This document shows positions 41,724-54,398 of a stretch of DNA of 64,000 nt, piece after piece (position 1 is the first letter of the stretch; each line of letters begins with the position of its first letter). Position numbers and translations under genes: made by a program. Source of the stretch: Phoronis australis (taxonomy: Eukaryota; Animalia; Phoronida); contig NMRA01000002.1 in NCBI GenBank assembly GCA_002633005.1, forward strand, positions 1,075,278-1,139,277. Reading direction: 5' to 3'. The notes beneath the pieces are model-generated. The model had not been told where the DNA came from. It searched no databases and saw only the letters and a program-made list of their open reading frames with translations.

Positions 41724-42145
41724 AAAGGATCTACCGGGAGCACCCATTATTGGAGAGGGATCTACTGGGAACCTCCAGTATAGGAATCGGATTTACAGAG
41801 AACCTCCAGTATTAGAGAGGGGTCTACTGGGAACCTCCAGTGTAGGAAAGGGATCTACAGAGAACCTCCAGTATTGGAGAGGGGTCTACTGGGAACCTCC
41901 AGTATTGAGGGGAATCTACTGGGAACCTCCAGTAATGGAGAAGGATCTACTTGGAACCTCCAGTATTAAAGAGGGGTCTAATGGAAACCTCCAGTATTGG
42001 AGAAGGATCTATTGGGAACCTCCAGTATTAAAGAGGGGTCTAATGGAAACCTCCAGTATTAGAGAAGGATCTACTGGGAACCTCCATATTGGAGAGGGAT
42101 CTACTGGGAACCTCCAGTATTGGCGAGGATTCCACTGGGAGCCTC
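41724..42145. repeat. ~30-bp minisatellite (GGATCTACTGGGAACCTCCAGTATTGGAGAG)
   Basis: About 14 tandem units. Confidence 0.95.
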
Positions 42146-43939
42146 AAAACTAGAATTTCCGTTCATACAAAAGTAATCAACAATTTTTATATACCTTGCT
42201 GAAAATCATGAGTGTTGGCAAAATGTTATTTATATAACATCTACACAGTACACAGTAAGCTAACAAAAACAAACTTAAGTAATTTTCATTTCACCACTAC
42301 GTTGTGAGCTGAATAGGTGAAGAAAGACTGCACATTAAATCAATGTAAATAAACAAACAAGCATAACACATCTCTTACAGTCAAGAAACTTCAGTTCACA
42401 AGTTCCTTGTATTCAAAAAGCCGTCAGCAGATAAACAGTGCATTATGTCACATCAACGTTTTCGCAATCACCAAAACACGCAGACATGGGAGAGATTTTG
42501 GTTGAAAAGGTCGCACAGCATGACACAACATGATAATTACCGGGATTTTCCATAGATATGTCCACGCGATGAAATGCACATTAGCGTTTATTCGGAAAAC
42601 TATGTCGTTAATGGTGTTACAACTTCTGGTGTCCGTGTCCAGATAGTAAGGTGTTTATATGGAAAATTTACTTTTAAAAGCCCACTCAGAATCAACTTTT
42701 AGTCAAAAATTCAGCTTTATGAAGCATTTATCATTTACAAAAACGAACGAAGTGTTGGTGACCTATGCATTTATTAACATAAAATTTAAAAACAAAGGTT
42801 TAAGTATTAATGTCAAAGACAGGAAACCTCTTTAGGACTATGTGTATTCAGTCCAGGCTGGCATTTGCGTAGCCAAAACTGACTTTCCGTTTTTATGCCC
42901 CCCCTTTCCCGAATAAACGCCCGGGTGTTTATTTGGTGTAACTAAAATGCCTGAAAACTTTTATTTTCTGAATACATGCCCATGGGATCATCAATGGAAA
43001 ATCCCAGTACTAGCAGTAAATCATTCCTTTGCATTTTTCAATATTCTTATTGAAAGTGAACAAAAAACTCTTCACTGCCAGAATTCCTTATGAAAGAACT
43101 GCCCTGTTTGAAATAAACGTGTCATTCATCTCATGGTGAGCACACTCAGGAAATTTAAGAATTTCACGCCTCGACATTCTGAAACCATACAAGTTACAGG
43201 GTTCTCTAGTTCCACTCAATTCACTTCACCAATTCCACCGAGTCACTGATTACGACATCTGATTGGTCTGCAAGCAGGAAGTCATCATCAAGAACAAATC
43301 AGATGTCTCAGCCAGTTGACCCAACGGAACCACCAAAGTTAATTGATTGTACCCTATGACTTTAGGTACCACGGTACACAATGCCTGATAGTGCATACCA
43401 TTTACCAGAATACCATAATTGGAACTCCACAATATAACTCAATTGAATTCTGGTGTTAGAACAGAACTAAAACAGCTTTTGTAATACACTCTACTGAACT
43501 TGAACTTGCTAGCACAGACATCATGATGTCATCAGAATCATGTGTATTATGCAGCTATAGAGGAGACAAATGAAATAAACTCGTCACTTAATACATTACA
43601 AGGGGCAGCACTGGTATGTCATTGATACTACAGTGCAGACAATATAAACAAAGTAGAAATAAATAAATATGAGCACAGCCCTGGCTAGCTGGTTTTTCCC
43701 TGGAAATGGTTTCACATTATATCCAGGTTCTAATTCACACCCTTGCATACATTCACCAGTAAGACCGAGCTTAGAGGAGTAGGAGACACCTTTGTGCAAT
43801 GCTCAGTTGTCAGCAAGTAAAGCCAGGATTCTAACGGGAGCCTGAGCTCAAACTACTAAGCCGCATCATAGAAATGAGATGCTGTTGCTTGTCCAATAAA
43901 CATATTCAACCACTGATGATGCCTACTGAAGTTTAAAAG

Positions 43940-44549
43940 GGATTGTTCTAAAACACCAACGACCCCCACACCCCACAACCCCCTCGACCCACGACCCTGC
44001 GCGACCCACGACCCCCCTCGACCCACAAACCTCTCGATCCTCGACCCACGACCTCCTCAACCCACGGCCCACAACCCCCTTGACCCAGTCTACACAAGCT
44101 CAACTCAATCTGAACATAGAACAAGCGCCGACTTGCAGGACCAAAGATTCGGGCCATAGGCTCGATTGGCTTTTCCCTGTTTTTTTGCAATTAAGAGAGT
44201 CAATTCGGGACGTTTGAAAGCCAAAAACAGAAAAAAACAACGCAACCAAATCAAATCAAAGACATACCAACGTTACAAATGTCATTCCCGGCAAAGTGTA
44301 ATCATCTTGTCTCAGTGAATGACAGATTCAAGCCTTTTTTGGTAGAGTGCAAGGAACCAACAAATATGTAATTTCTTCAGTAAATACAGTTTAAAAAACA
44401 AACTGTTCACTAAAAAAGTGTCTCAACATTACATGAAGTATACTGTAAATGAGTATACAACAGAAATCAAGTGGGTTGTGGGGGTTGTCGGTCGAAGGGG
44501 GGTCATGGGTCAAAGGGGTGTGGGGGTCAAGGGGGTTTTAGAACAATCC
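43940..44549. mobile_element. MULE-like non-autonomous element, 610 bp
   Basis: TIR ggattgttctaaaac / gttttagaacaatcc, subterminal gaccc repeats in inverted orientation, exact 9-bp TSD gtttaaaag (43931-39, 44550-58). Confidence 0.9.
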
Positions 44550-45162
44550 GTTTAAAAGAGAAACATTTCATCTTTGTATTATATACTTAAACATGAATAG
44601 GGTGATGAAAATTGTCAGTGTTTCTTTTGTAGTGAACCACTTGTGTAATCATTTAGCCGTAACTAAAGATGTAGAATTGATGAAAGAGAAGGACTGCACA
44701 CTAGTAGTGGGCTATGCAACAAACTACAAACAGTGAGAAAATTTAATTGCATCAATACTTATAAGCACCATTTTGTCCTGTGTACAGCGAAAACCTAAGA
44801 GCACTTTAAGACAACAGGCAGTATAGGTTTCAGCCAGCGGTCTATTCAGATGAAAACTAACTAATATTACAAATTAGCTTAAAACAACGTACCAATTTCC
44901 TCAGCTTGAGACACCAATGGAATCACTTGTATCCACAACACATCCGTGGTGCATTTGTAAACACTTTAAAAGTTTTTTTCAAGCAATTTCCATTAGTGCA
45001 ACCAATTCTTAACAACTAATCCATTAGCGCAACGCATACACCTGTGAACACTGAAAACTTGCCCATCAAATTCATTTTCCTTGATATAGCAAAGACTGAA
45101 ACAAGACAAAAAAACTGAGAACAGTGTAACAGAACACAATGCCTTTGACTGGTCACAATTAC

Positions 45163-45295
45163 CCAAACGTGTTTCCTTTGTCATCTTGTGGTATGAGAAA
45201 CCTCGGAACATCAGGGAAGTACTTGACTAGCATCTCCTCGGTAATGGCTTCGGGCAATTTATCAATACAAGCGACTCTCTCGCAATAATCCCTCG
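45163..45295 (-). CDS. RRM/SR-like gene, exon 6 (first half of RRM2)
   Basis: cattgcag acceptor, GG|gtaatt donor; encodes RDYCERVACIDKLPEAITEEMLVKYFPDVPRFLIPQDDKGNTFG (RNP2-like IDKLP plus TEExL helix). Absent from the ORF track. Confidence 0.8.
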
Positions 45296-46554
45296 CTGCA
45301 ATGTAGAATCACATTTAAGATAGTGCTCAAATGCATCCGTATCATGCTCTCACCAGGGACTTGAATAAGTTTTACATACTACCAGATAAATGGTCACCAC
45401 AAAGGTCAACCTTGAGCACAGAGATCATCTAGGTGATATACCTTTGAAACACTGCGTTAGTATTTTGTGCTCAAAAGCATGCTCTCACCAGAAACTTGTA
45501 AACCTTAACTTGACATACACAATGCACATCACAGTGAAGATTAAAACATGTTAGTTCCCAGTGACATTAACCTTGATGAATGTAAGAATAGCAAATGAAG
45601 ATCATAGACCTTAGCAATCTCTCATTATGAAAACTTAGCTCTATGGGTGAAGTGACCTGCCCACATCAACCTCATTAGGTGGTGTCTACAAGATTTTTTT
45701 GGTGAACACCAGAGACCTCCAACTGTACAGTGCATCCCAAAAACATGCAGAAAATGTGTTAAAACACAAATACCAGGAAACGGTTGTAGTAGAAACTTAT
45801 ATTTTTTTATTTCTAGAATCTTTAAGACTGTTTTGCAAAGCTTGCACATTAGAACAACGTATCCAGAAAACAAAAAAAATAGATTCTGGGACCATATTTT
45901 GCATGAAATTCAGTCCGCAGCCCCTGAGAGGTATTGAAGAATTTTGAACAAAAAATACTTAATAAGCAAAGCGGAAAACGACTAACGGACGGTTGTGCAT
46001 TTTGTATAGAAGAAATTTGAACATAGGACACAGTTATGAAAGACTTGAGTGGTTATCCTATTGACTATGGCAAGACTGCAAGAGTAAGGTGTACATAAAC
46101 CGAAAATTATATCAGTCATTTATCTTCAAGTCAACTATGGCAATTTCTTCAACTTTTGTGCCTTGGAAAAGTAATGTGCAGCTGTCCTGGATTACAAAAA
46201 AATAAGTTTCTAGTAAAACCACTTCCCGATATTCATATTTCAATTTTGTATAGATTTTGTGATATTAAATAGAACCAACTGAATAGTCTGTTCAGGCACT
46301 ACTGACCCTTGAACCTAAGGTAACACTATACCGCAGACTGGGGTTAGTGTGGTTACAACAGCGATATTTGGGTCAGTAGTCAAAAAAATTTTCTCTGAAA
46401 AATGTGAGATTAACCAAAAAATTTCTGAACTAGAGCTAAATATAAAAAATAAATTGCAGGTGGTTGTACCGCACAAGTGTTGGCTACTCAGGTGGGCACA
46501 TTGCAATGACCATCTGGAACCACTTTCATGCTTTCTAAAAATATAGTTAAAGCA

Positions 46555-46722
46555 GCAGTGTGCCCCACTGGGACCTAACTCAAGGGTCTAGCAGTGTGCC
46601 CCACAGGGACCTGACTCAAGGGTCTAGCAGTGTGCCCCACTGGGACCTGACTCAAGGGTCTAGCAGTGTGCCCCACTGGGACTTGAACCGATGACACTTA
46701 TCTCACTAGGCCATACTGCCTC
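46555..46722 (-). mobile_element. tRNA-derived SINE head with ~36-bp tandem amplification
   Basis: Minus strand: A-box-like tggcctagtg, B-box ggttcaagtcc, then repeated gtcccagtggggcacactgctagacccttgagtcag units (3 plus a partial). Confidence 0.6.
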
Positions 46723-47285
46723 ATCTATACAGCTTGATAATTATGCAAAACATGCTTTTTAATGTAATTCTGCATGCTTCAATGCCTTGCAGCACACAAG
46801 ATAGTGAAGATAATGATTTGATTGTCAATTAAAATGCACTCTGCACTCTTGTTTTATGCTGAACCATGTAAAGTTCAGCTGCTCGTTTCAGTCCACATGT
46901 CTCATTTCTCTCTTCTGGCTGACCATCGGCCTAAACTATCACTTCAGGTAAATGAAACTGTCCACATGACTCTAACCTTTGATCTGATGAATCTTGCATA
47001 TGCAAAACGTCAGAGCAACTTACTAAGAGTACATGATTTTCGATAGCCTGAAATCTGTTGGCATATACGTCATGTCATCAACACTTGCCAAATCTGAAAA
47101 CAACACGTCGTCATATGCCCGGTGCTGACTTTTCAACATTTGCTGGTTACATTGTCAGTCAATAGGATTAGTTCCTTTCAGCACTGAAAATATCTGCAAA
47201 ACTCTTCAATAGCATTTCTTGCTGTACATCAATTGTCGAGCTTAATCATCCAGATGACCACTTTGCTGTGTCTGTCCCTCTCTCC

Positions 47286-47838
47286 NNNNNNNNNNNNNNN
47301 NNNNNNNNNNNNNNNNNNNNNNNNNNNNNNNNNNNNNNNNNNNNNNNNNNNNNNNNNNNNNNNNNNNNNNNNNNNNNNNNNNNNNNNNNNNNNNNNNNNN
47401 NNNNNNNNNNNNNNNNNNNNNNNNNNNNNNNNNNNNNNNNNNNNNNNNNNNNNNNNNNNNNNNNNNNNNNNNNNNNNNNNNNNNNNNNNNNNNNNNNNNN
47501 NNNNNNNNNNNNNNNNNNNNNNNNNNNNNNNNNNNNNNNNNNNNNNNNNNNNNNNNNNNNNNNNNNNNNNNNNNNNNNNNNNNNNNNNNNNNNNNNNNNN
47601 NNNNNNNNNNNNNNNNNNNNNNNNNNNNNNNNNNNNNNNNNNNNNNNNNNNNNNNNNNNNNNNNNNNNNNNNNNNNNNNNNNNNNNNNNNNNNNNNNNNN
47701 NNNNNNNNNNNNNNNNNNNNNNNNNNNNNNNNNNNNNNNNNNNNNNNNNNNNNNNNNNNNNNNNNNNNNNNNNNNNNNNNNNNNNNNNNNNNNNNNNNNN
47801 NNNNNNNNNNNNNNNNNNNNNNNNNNNNNNNNNNNNNN
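47286..47838. other. Assembly gap (N run), flanked by CT-rich sequence
   Basis: 553 Ns; flanks ccctctctcc / ctctctccctct suggest an unresolved CT repeat. Confidence 0.98.
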
Positions 47839-48772
47839 CTCTCTCCCTCTCAAGTCCTCACACCAGTTCATTTTACACGGTTCACAACAGGTGTCCACTT
47901 GTGATACGCAATATTTGATCTTGACGAAAGGCTTCTGTTTATTTGTTGTGCAATAACTTCCCATATCTCAAACATGTAACAAAGATGAATTCTTCCCAGC
48001 AAAATTTTCAATTGAAGTCCAGTTTCCAGGGTTTCAGAGTACCATTTTCTCTCTTGAAAACATATTCCGCTTGTAGCTATGTGAGTATGCGGGAACTCTA
48101 CTCTGAAATCTCGTTAAGTCTTTCCAAAGGGTACAGGTGTCTTGTTGAACAGAAACAAGTACAAGTTATTCAACATGTAAAACATGGTCCATAGATTAAT
48201 CTTTGTAACTCTGCAATGTACTCATAAACTCCAGTGGCCAAGTTTGTTGATCATTCACCACAGCACAAAATTACTTGTGTCATGCGCCAAGTCTTTTAAG
48301 TTCCAATATGTTCGACAATATTCATATGACCATTTCACATCTTTAGAAACAAAAGTTCATCTTCCCGAAATGTCAAAGCTTGACACCTCGTCCACACAGT
48401 ACAAAGCATAGCTCCATCAACATTATAGTTGTTGATTACGCAGCAATGATCTCACTTTGTTGGTATAAATAATATCCAAATGCAGTGACTATATCTAACA
48501 GATGTCACAATAACTCCAACTAGAACAGATCTCTGAGTCTGAAATGGGCATAGTCTGTGTGTTTTCCTAATCCGCATATTGCCCACCTGCAGACCATTTT
48601 ACAGCCACCCAGGACATCTCCTGAGTTCCTGCTGATGGCTAGAGTGTACTCCATCTTGTACAAAAACAATTAGTGCAAAACATCTCTGCGGTGTTCAATG
48701 CAACTTTCAACAGTATCCATATTGTCTTGGGAAAGAGTAAACACAGCAAGTGCTCTTCAGTAAACTGCATTG

Positions 48773-48882
48773 TTGCACAAGTCGTGCTGCACAAACCATG
48801 CTACACAAGTTGAATTGCACAAGTCGTGACGCACAAGTCGTAATGCACAAGTCATACTGCACAAGTCGTAATGCACAAGTAA
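48773..48882. repeat. ~14-bp minisatellite (TGCACAAGTCGTAA)
   Basis: About eight units. Confidence 0.85.
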
Positions 48883-49782
48883 TACTGCCAAGTCAGCAGC
48901 AAGTGATGCCATGCCTATTTCTGAGAATGAACATGAAATCATTTGGTTTTAAATCTTCTTTACATACTAATTTCATTTCCAAATATTTCTGGTATAAAAC
49001 AGCTCTTGAGAAAAAAAATTGTTTTATTTTAGCTCTGACTTTCAAAATAGAAACTCGTGCGAAATTCCCACCTAGATGTTGTGTTCAAAAGAAATAGTCC
49101 AACCAGTGATAACTTACATGAGGTGTCGATGGGTGTTTTTTTGACAGCAAAACACGGGGTGGTTACATCAAATTTCAGACTGAATGTCTTGTCATGGCAC
49201 TTCTGTAGGACTGAAAATAATTATAATTTTACAATACGTATCTCTCTATTGTATAGCAGAAGAGGAAAATTTTCCAAGTGATACATCATTCCACAAATAA
49301 ATAGGCTTGTGATACAGAAATATATTTCGTCGTAAAATTTAAATAAAATAAACGTTTTTGCACGAATAAAGTCAAAATCATGATAAAAAGGAGACAAAGA
49401 GGGGAAACTGGAAATCAAGTAAGCAGAAATCGAAATCAAAAAAGAGGAAATGCTCTTAAATGAAAATGCCAAGCCCAGCACATTGCCCATGTACAGTATA
49501 ATTAATAGGGTTCCTTTCATGCAAACTGCATTTCTTAACTTAGTAAATTGCCATTCTACACAAATTCTGAGCTCTTAATTTCTCACAAACTATTTTCTCA
49601 TAAAAACATTTCTTTCACACCTGACAGTCAAAAGTACACTGCTTGGTAAATGTATCAAATCAGTCCCATAATACATCTGCGGGTGTATGTGGTTTATCAG
49701 AAAAGAATTGTGTTCGTACAAACAGAATGTTCAAATAAGAAAAGAACTGCGACTTGTGAGAAAAGAAGAGCATTTAAATAGA

Positions 49783-49925
49783 AAAGAACACAGACAAGGA
49801 GAATGCGGATAACAAGAACACGGATAACGAGAACACAGATAACAAGAACACGGATAACAAGAACATGGATAACAAGAACACAGATGAGAACACGGATAAC
49901 GAGAACACGGATAACGAGAACACAC
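49783..49925. repeat. 15-bp minisatellite (AGAACACGGATAACA)
   Basis: About nine units. Confidence 0.92.
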
Positions 49926-50559
49926 TTGTAGTGCATAAGGGAGAATGATTGTATGTACTGATCTTGTGACATCACAGTTAAAACAAAGGTCAACAGAAGG
50001 AGAAACACATCACGATATCAAAATATTGGCTGACAAAACCAGACGGTTGATGAAATACAGGATCACTCGACAACAAGACAGGTCAGAGACATCAATGTCA
50101 CTGTGTTTCAACATATCACACATCATTATAGTGACAAACAAAAACAATAAATGAATCCCAGCCATAAGCATCAGCTACACAGAGTGCATGAGAATCAGGA
50201 GAAGCGTAATTAATTTGCTTGTAAATGCAAGACCAAAACCATTACTGCATTGCACAATAACACTCCATGGATCCCAACTTTAAAAATAATGTTTTGTCAC
50301 AACACTGACTACCAACCACTATATTAACGCGACAACCTGACACGCCATGACTGTCTTGAAATAACTAAGTCACACCCAAGCATAGCCACATTTTTCAACA
50401 AGTGTTCTTTTACTGAAAAATAGAATTGCCTTTTTTCGGGTAGACTCTCGAAATACATGCCTCGTGGCTGAACTCATGACTTTCCACATCTGTCACATAA
50501 TAGCGCCTACTGAGAACCAAACAAGAATTGACGAGAAGCAAGACTGAAGCGCCACCTAC

Positions 50560-50696
50560 TGTCGACATAACTGTGTCCAGGTTCCCCACAGTTCATGGTC
50601 AGCTTCTGTTTCCTGTCTTTACCCACTCTTATCTTCTTCAACTTCTCCTTGGCTAATATTGCATTAGAAACGGTACACATGTGCAGGTCTAACACC
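50560..50696 (-). CDS. RRM/SR-like gene, exon 5 (second half of RRM1)
   Basis: gttttacag acceptor (phase 2), A|gtaggt donor (phase 1); encodes VLDLHMCTVSNAILAKEKLKKIRVGKDRKQKLTMNCGEPG. Confidence 0.7.
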
Positions 50697-51722
50697 CTGT
50701 AAAACGACCAAACATCTCCTGCGTTCATTCAAGGCTCACATGACATTTACCACATGCACTATCAAAGGTAAACATAACAAAAGCAATGCGGAGCGTTGAA
50801 ATGTACCCACGAATGCACCGCAAACGATGTGCTTCTAGGGATGTTTATTTGTATCAAAAAATGGCCACTAGATGGAGCAAAATACATCAAATGCATCCAA
50901 AACTGGGAGCATGCTATCGTTTATTTAATAGAAAGCCATTTACCAATTTTCATAAAAATCGGTCAAGGAACTTCAGAAAAACAAAAGGAAAATGGAAAAA
51001 AAAATGAAAATGCCACTAGGGGGTACAGCGTGTCGGATGCGTGGGCGCATAAAAATAAAGCTGTTTTTACCTGGTGAACATAAAAAATTAATAAAAGGGT
51101 AGTATAAAAAAGAAGAGACCTAGAATTGTGAGAACTACATTAAAAAGAATATATAAAGACAGTTTAACACTCGAAGGCTTTGTGCGCCTGTCCTAACTCA
51201 AGAAGCTAGACAATAACCAAGAAATTGATAGCAGCAGACAAGTGCATCAAGGCCACCACAACGTGACACTAGGTCAGACACTCAGCAGTATGTCTTACGA
51301 ATAATAATTGGGCCCTCATTCAAATCATAGCATTGGGTGTTGCATTTCACAATGATGGACACTTCCCCTTCTGCGTTCAAATAAAACAGTGAGACTCACC
51401 ACCAGTACAAAGAGATCATGCAGGCCGTGACCTGTTGGATTGAAATGACCCCCCACAGCCGCATCCACTGTAAAGCTGGTCTAGCACCAGCCACTCATGT
51501 GCTTCTAAAGGGTGCCACAGGACTAGACGGCATACCCCTCCTACAGACATTTTACGCAACAAAAGATCCGGCACAGCACTCCTGAGTTGTCGGATGCGCA
51601 CCTTACATTAATGGGTGGCCAGCCAGATGTCATCTGGTGAATATCAAAACTTGCATAGGCAGTATTAAACCAACCATACACCGTCCAATAACAAATGAAA
51701 CAATCAAATGTGAGTACAGTAC

Positions 51723-51873
51723 CCAACACATTCATCGTGTGTGCCACCCGGATACATGGTGAATCTGACAAGGCCTGCTAACTTCAACACCTCTTCCATC
51801 TCTCTACGTCTTAGGTCGTCAAGGGTAACAGGGTAACAGAACATGTTCATCTTGTCTCTGTAATTGTCCACCG
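51723..51873 (-). CDS. RRM/SR-like gene, exon 4 (first half of RRM1)
   Basis: ttttgtcatcag acceptor (phase 1), GG|gtactg donor (phase 2, weak); encodes VDNYRDKMNMFCYPVTLDDLRRREMEEVLKLAGLVRFTMYPGGTHDECVG. Confidence 0.7.
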
Positions 51874-51891
51874 CTGATGACAAAATATAAA

Positions 51892-52010
51892 CAACCATTA
51901 CAAAGAGCAACACCATTACAAACAGCAACACCATTACAAAACAGCAACACCATTACAAAACAGCAACACCATTACAAAACAGCAACACCATTATAAACAG
52001 CAACACCAAC
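51892..52010. repeat. 18-19-bp minisatellite (AAACAGCAACACCATTAC)
   Basis: About six units. Confidence 0.9.
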
Positions 52011-52439
52011 GTCAGTACCAGACACAAAACACTGAACAGACTTTGACAAAGGAAGCAAGAGAAAGATGACTGGGAACAATTTAGTCACCTGATCATTAAA
52101 ATTTAAGTAATTTAATTTCAAAATGAATGGCAATTCCCATTTCGATGCAATTACGGTCATAAATCAAAAGATATGAAGCTTAATTAAGAGACAATTATCA
52201 AGAGTTCTGGGGCTTCATAGGCTTCCACAGTTACGGGTAAATGTCCATGGAAACGAAACTTTAGCGAATAAAACTTGACAAGTAGTAGACAACAAAACCA
52301 CACATTCTTTCCAATACAAGAAAGGAATGGTATTTAAACATCATTTCATGGTCTCTTATCCATGCGAATGTGAGAACATTACTAGAGGTATCCATCAATT
52401 TCTGCAATAATTATACACAGCAATCCAAACTGTTCTCAC

Positions 52440-52499
52440 CTATTTGAAAGTCAATGACATCACCACGATCCATCCTGGAGGACTTCACATCTGATCCTC
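52440..52499 (-). CDS. RRM/SR-like gene, exon 3 (60 nt)
   Basis: tttcgtcacag acceptor, TAG|gtgaga donor, phase 1-1; encodes GSDVKSSRMDRGDVIDFQI. Confidence 0.75.
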
Positions 52500-53053
52500 C
52501 TGTGACGAAATAATACAACTCTCAAATTAGAAATTTAAAGATCTAAAACTTGTTCAATGTATTTGTTCTCACTATGTGACCAATAATTAACATTTATTAT
52601 TGACCATAGTAACCTTCATTAATAAAGAAATAAACACTGGCCACCAGGACGACTGTGATAGTGGACCATCGCTTGTGACTGAATCATGCTAATATAACAA
52701 CTTAGAGGAGTTTCTGAGTGCTCCAAGAAGTTCAGTCACCAAACTGCATTTGCGCACACCTCACATCTAAATCAATTCATTGACTTACATTTTGTTTACA
52801 TAAAACAAGTGTATCATTTGCACATGAAATGCACCTTGTAGGTTTCAATTTTGAGGCAACAATGGAGTTGTCTAATCATTAAAATATGCACATTCATTCA
52901 GTACATTTAACGAGTTGTCCGAGTCCCAAGCACACGCCACTAGGAGGCAGTGTAAGCACATGAAGCACCAGGCTATCTGTAAACTTGTCACACTAGACAC
53001 TGGCTTCATCTATGGGCAGTGACTAACAGCCTGCACAGACTACAAAGACTAAC

Positions 53054-53243
53054 CATCACCGATAGTACCTGTCTCCATGGAAACGGACTTGCTCTTCCTA
53101 GTCTCTGTCTCTGTGCTGTAGTTCTTGCGTTCACTTCGAGGTTCACTTTCACTTTGATTAGCCCCACTTTTGTTTAGCTTTACATTTGTAGTCTTTCCTT
53201 CTGCCTGTTGACCATCTTTATTTTCAAATGCTTTTTTGTCCAT
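53054..53243 (-). CDS. RRM/SR-like gene, exon 2 (first coding; exon starts 53251; alternative donor after 53069)
   Basis: tttctctatttaag acceptor, ccacaATGG Kozak context, hydrophilic ORF MDKKAFENKDG...; two phase-1 donors (G|gttagt, G|gtacta). Confidence 0.7.
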
Positions 53244-54342
53244 TGTGGCATCTTAAATAGAGAAATTTTGTTACACACAGTATCTAGTTTCGACAAATAA
53301 TCAAACCAAGAAAGAACTGACAAGCACCCATGACTGCACCACAAATGGTATCCTTCTAGGAGTGTTTATTAGGATAACAAAACTAGAGGCTAGGTGAGAA
53401 AAAATGTCAGTCCAAAAATAGGAAGGCACTGTAACCTCCCTAGTAGAAATCTATTTGCCACATTTAACAAAAATCTATCTAAGAATTTCAAAGAAATGGA
53501 GAAAAAATTAACGGCAACCAAAGAAATAGCCTTTGTGTAAAGCTGTCTACTAAATATACAGCTTTGCGCCGATGTGGGTAAAAAACTGGCCAGATAAAAT
53601 CTGACACAAAATTAAATGTCATTAAAAACCTTGAGTAAACTGAATCATTTACCGGTGTTGAAAATTGGCATTCTGTCATTGTTCTACTGCTAAAATTGTG
53701 GAACAATCTTTTACATCAGCTTTTGGCACCATGAAATGTTGCGTCACCTATTGGCCTGTTCCTTTTTTGCTGATTCTTCAGCCAACTGTTGTTCTTTCGT
53801 GAGGTTGCATACAAGTCACACTGCATTATAAGTTTTTAGAATTTTGATTACAACGAACTGAATTTCAGAACAAATTTTGCTATTGCTAAGCTCTCATCAC
53901 CTCCCGAGAGACGTCACAAAATTTAGGAAATAGCATGTGCGCGTGTCACAAACAAACTGTTTTCACAATGATGACATACTTTTCTTTCCTTCACAAGACC
54001 AAGAATTACGCGAGAAAATGACTTTTATTAGAATATTTCCACTTAAACGGCTGTAATGGGCAAGGTGAGAGTCAGTTGACTCCCAGATTTTGCATGCGCC
54101 CTGCTGATCTTTAACTCTACATATTGATACAAGTTTCACAGCGAGGTGATGAGCAGAACAAACTGGGCTGTGTACAATTTTGAGGTCTGGTAGACTTCAA
54201 CACACAGTGGTACCTAGCTGTATTTTGATAAGTTTTCATACAGCTACTCTGCTGGCTGGTTATCAAAAAAGTGCAGTTGGAATTTTTCCCTGAAGTCATC
54301 TTAATTCACATAGACATGCTTCATCAAGGACATGTATAGATC

Positions 54343-54398
54343 TAGGCAATGACCATCGCCTCTGTTGTTGGGCCAACAGAGGCGATGGTCATTGCCTA
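54343..54398. mobile_element. 56-bp perfect hairpin insertion
   Basis: taggcaatgaccatcgcctctgttg-ttgggc-caacagaggcgatggtcattgccta flanked by gtatagatc on both sides. Confidence 0.9.

Noticed and set aside
41724-42145. CRISPR-like appearance of regular repeats (also 2177-3300, 22360-22572, 46555-46690)
   Set aside because: Units are contiguous with no unique spacers, there are no cas genes, and the context is eukaryotic.
41575-42153. 192-aa plus-strand ORF
   Set aside because: Translation of the 30-bp minisatellite, antisense to exon 7.
47233-47964. ORFs of more than 200 aa
   Set aside because: Artefacts of the N gap.
46800-48720. Stretches of protein-like minus-strand sequence around the gap (e.g. 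FVSKDVKWSYEYCRTYWNLKDL)
   Set aside because: Many stops and no recognisable motif; possibly a decayed transposon ORF but not assignable, and not needed for the RRM gene's phase continuity.
49697-50008. Cys-rich or hydrophobic ORFs (CSRYP / VLVIR repeats)
   Set aside because: Readings of a 15-bp minisatellite.
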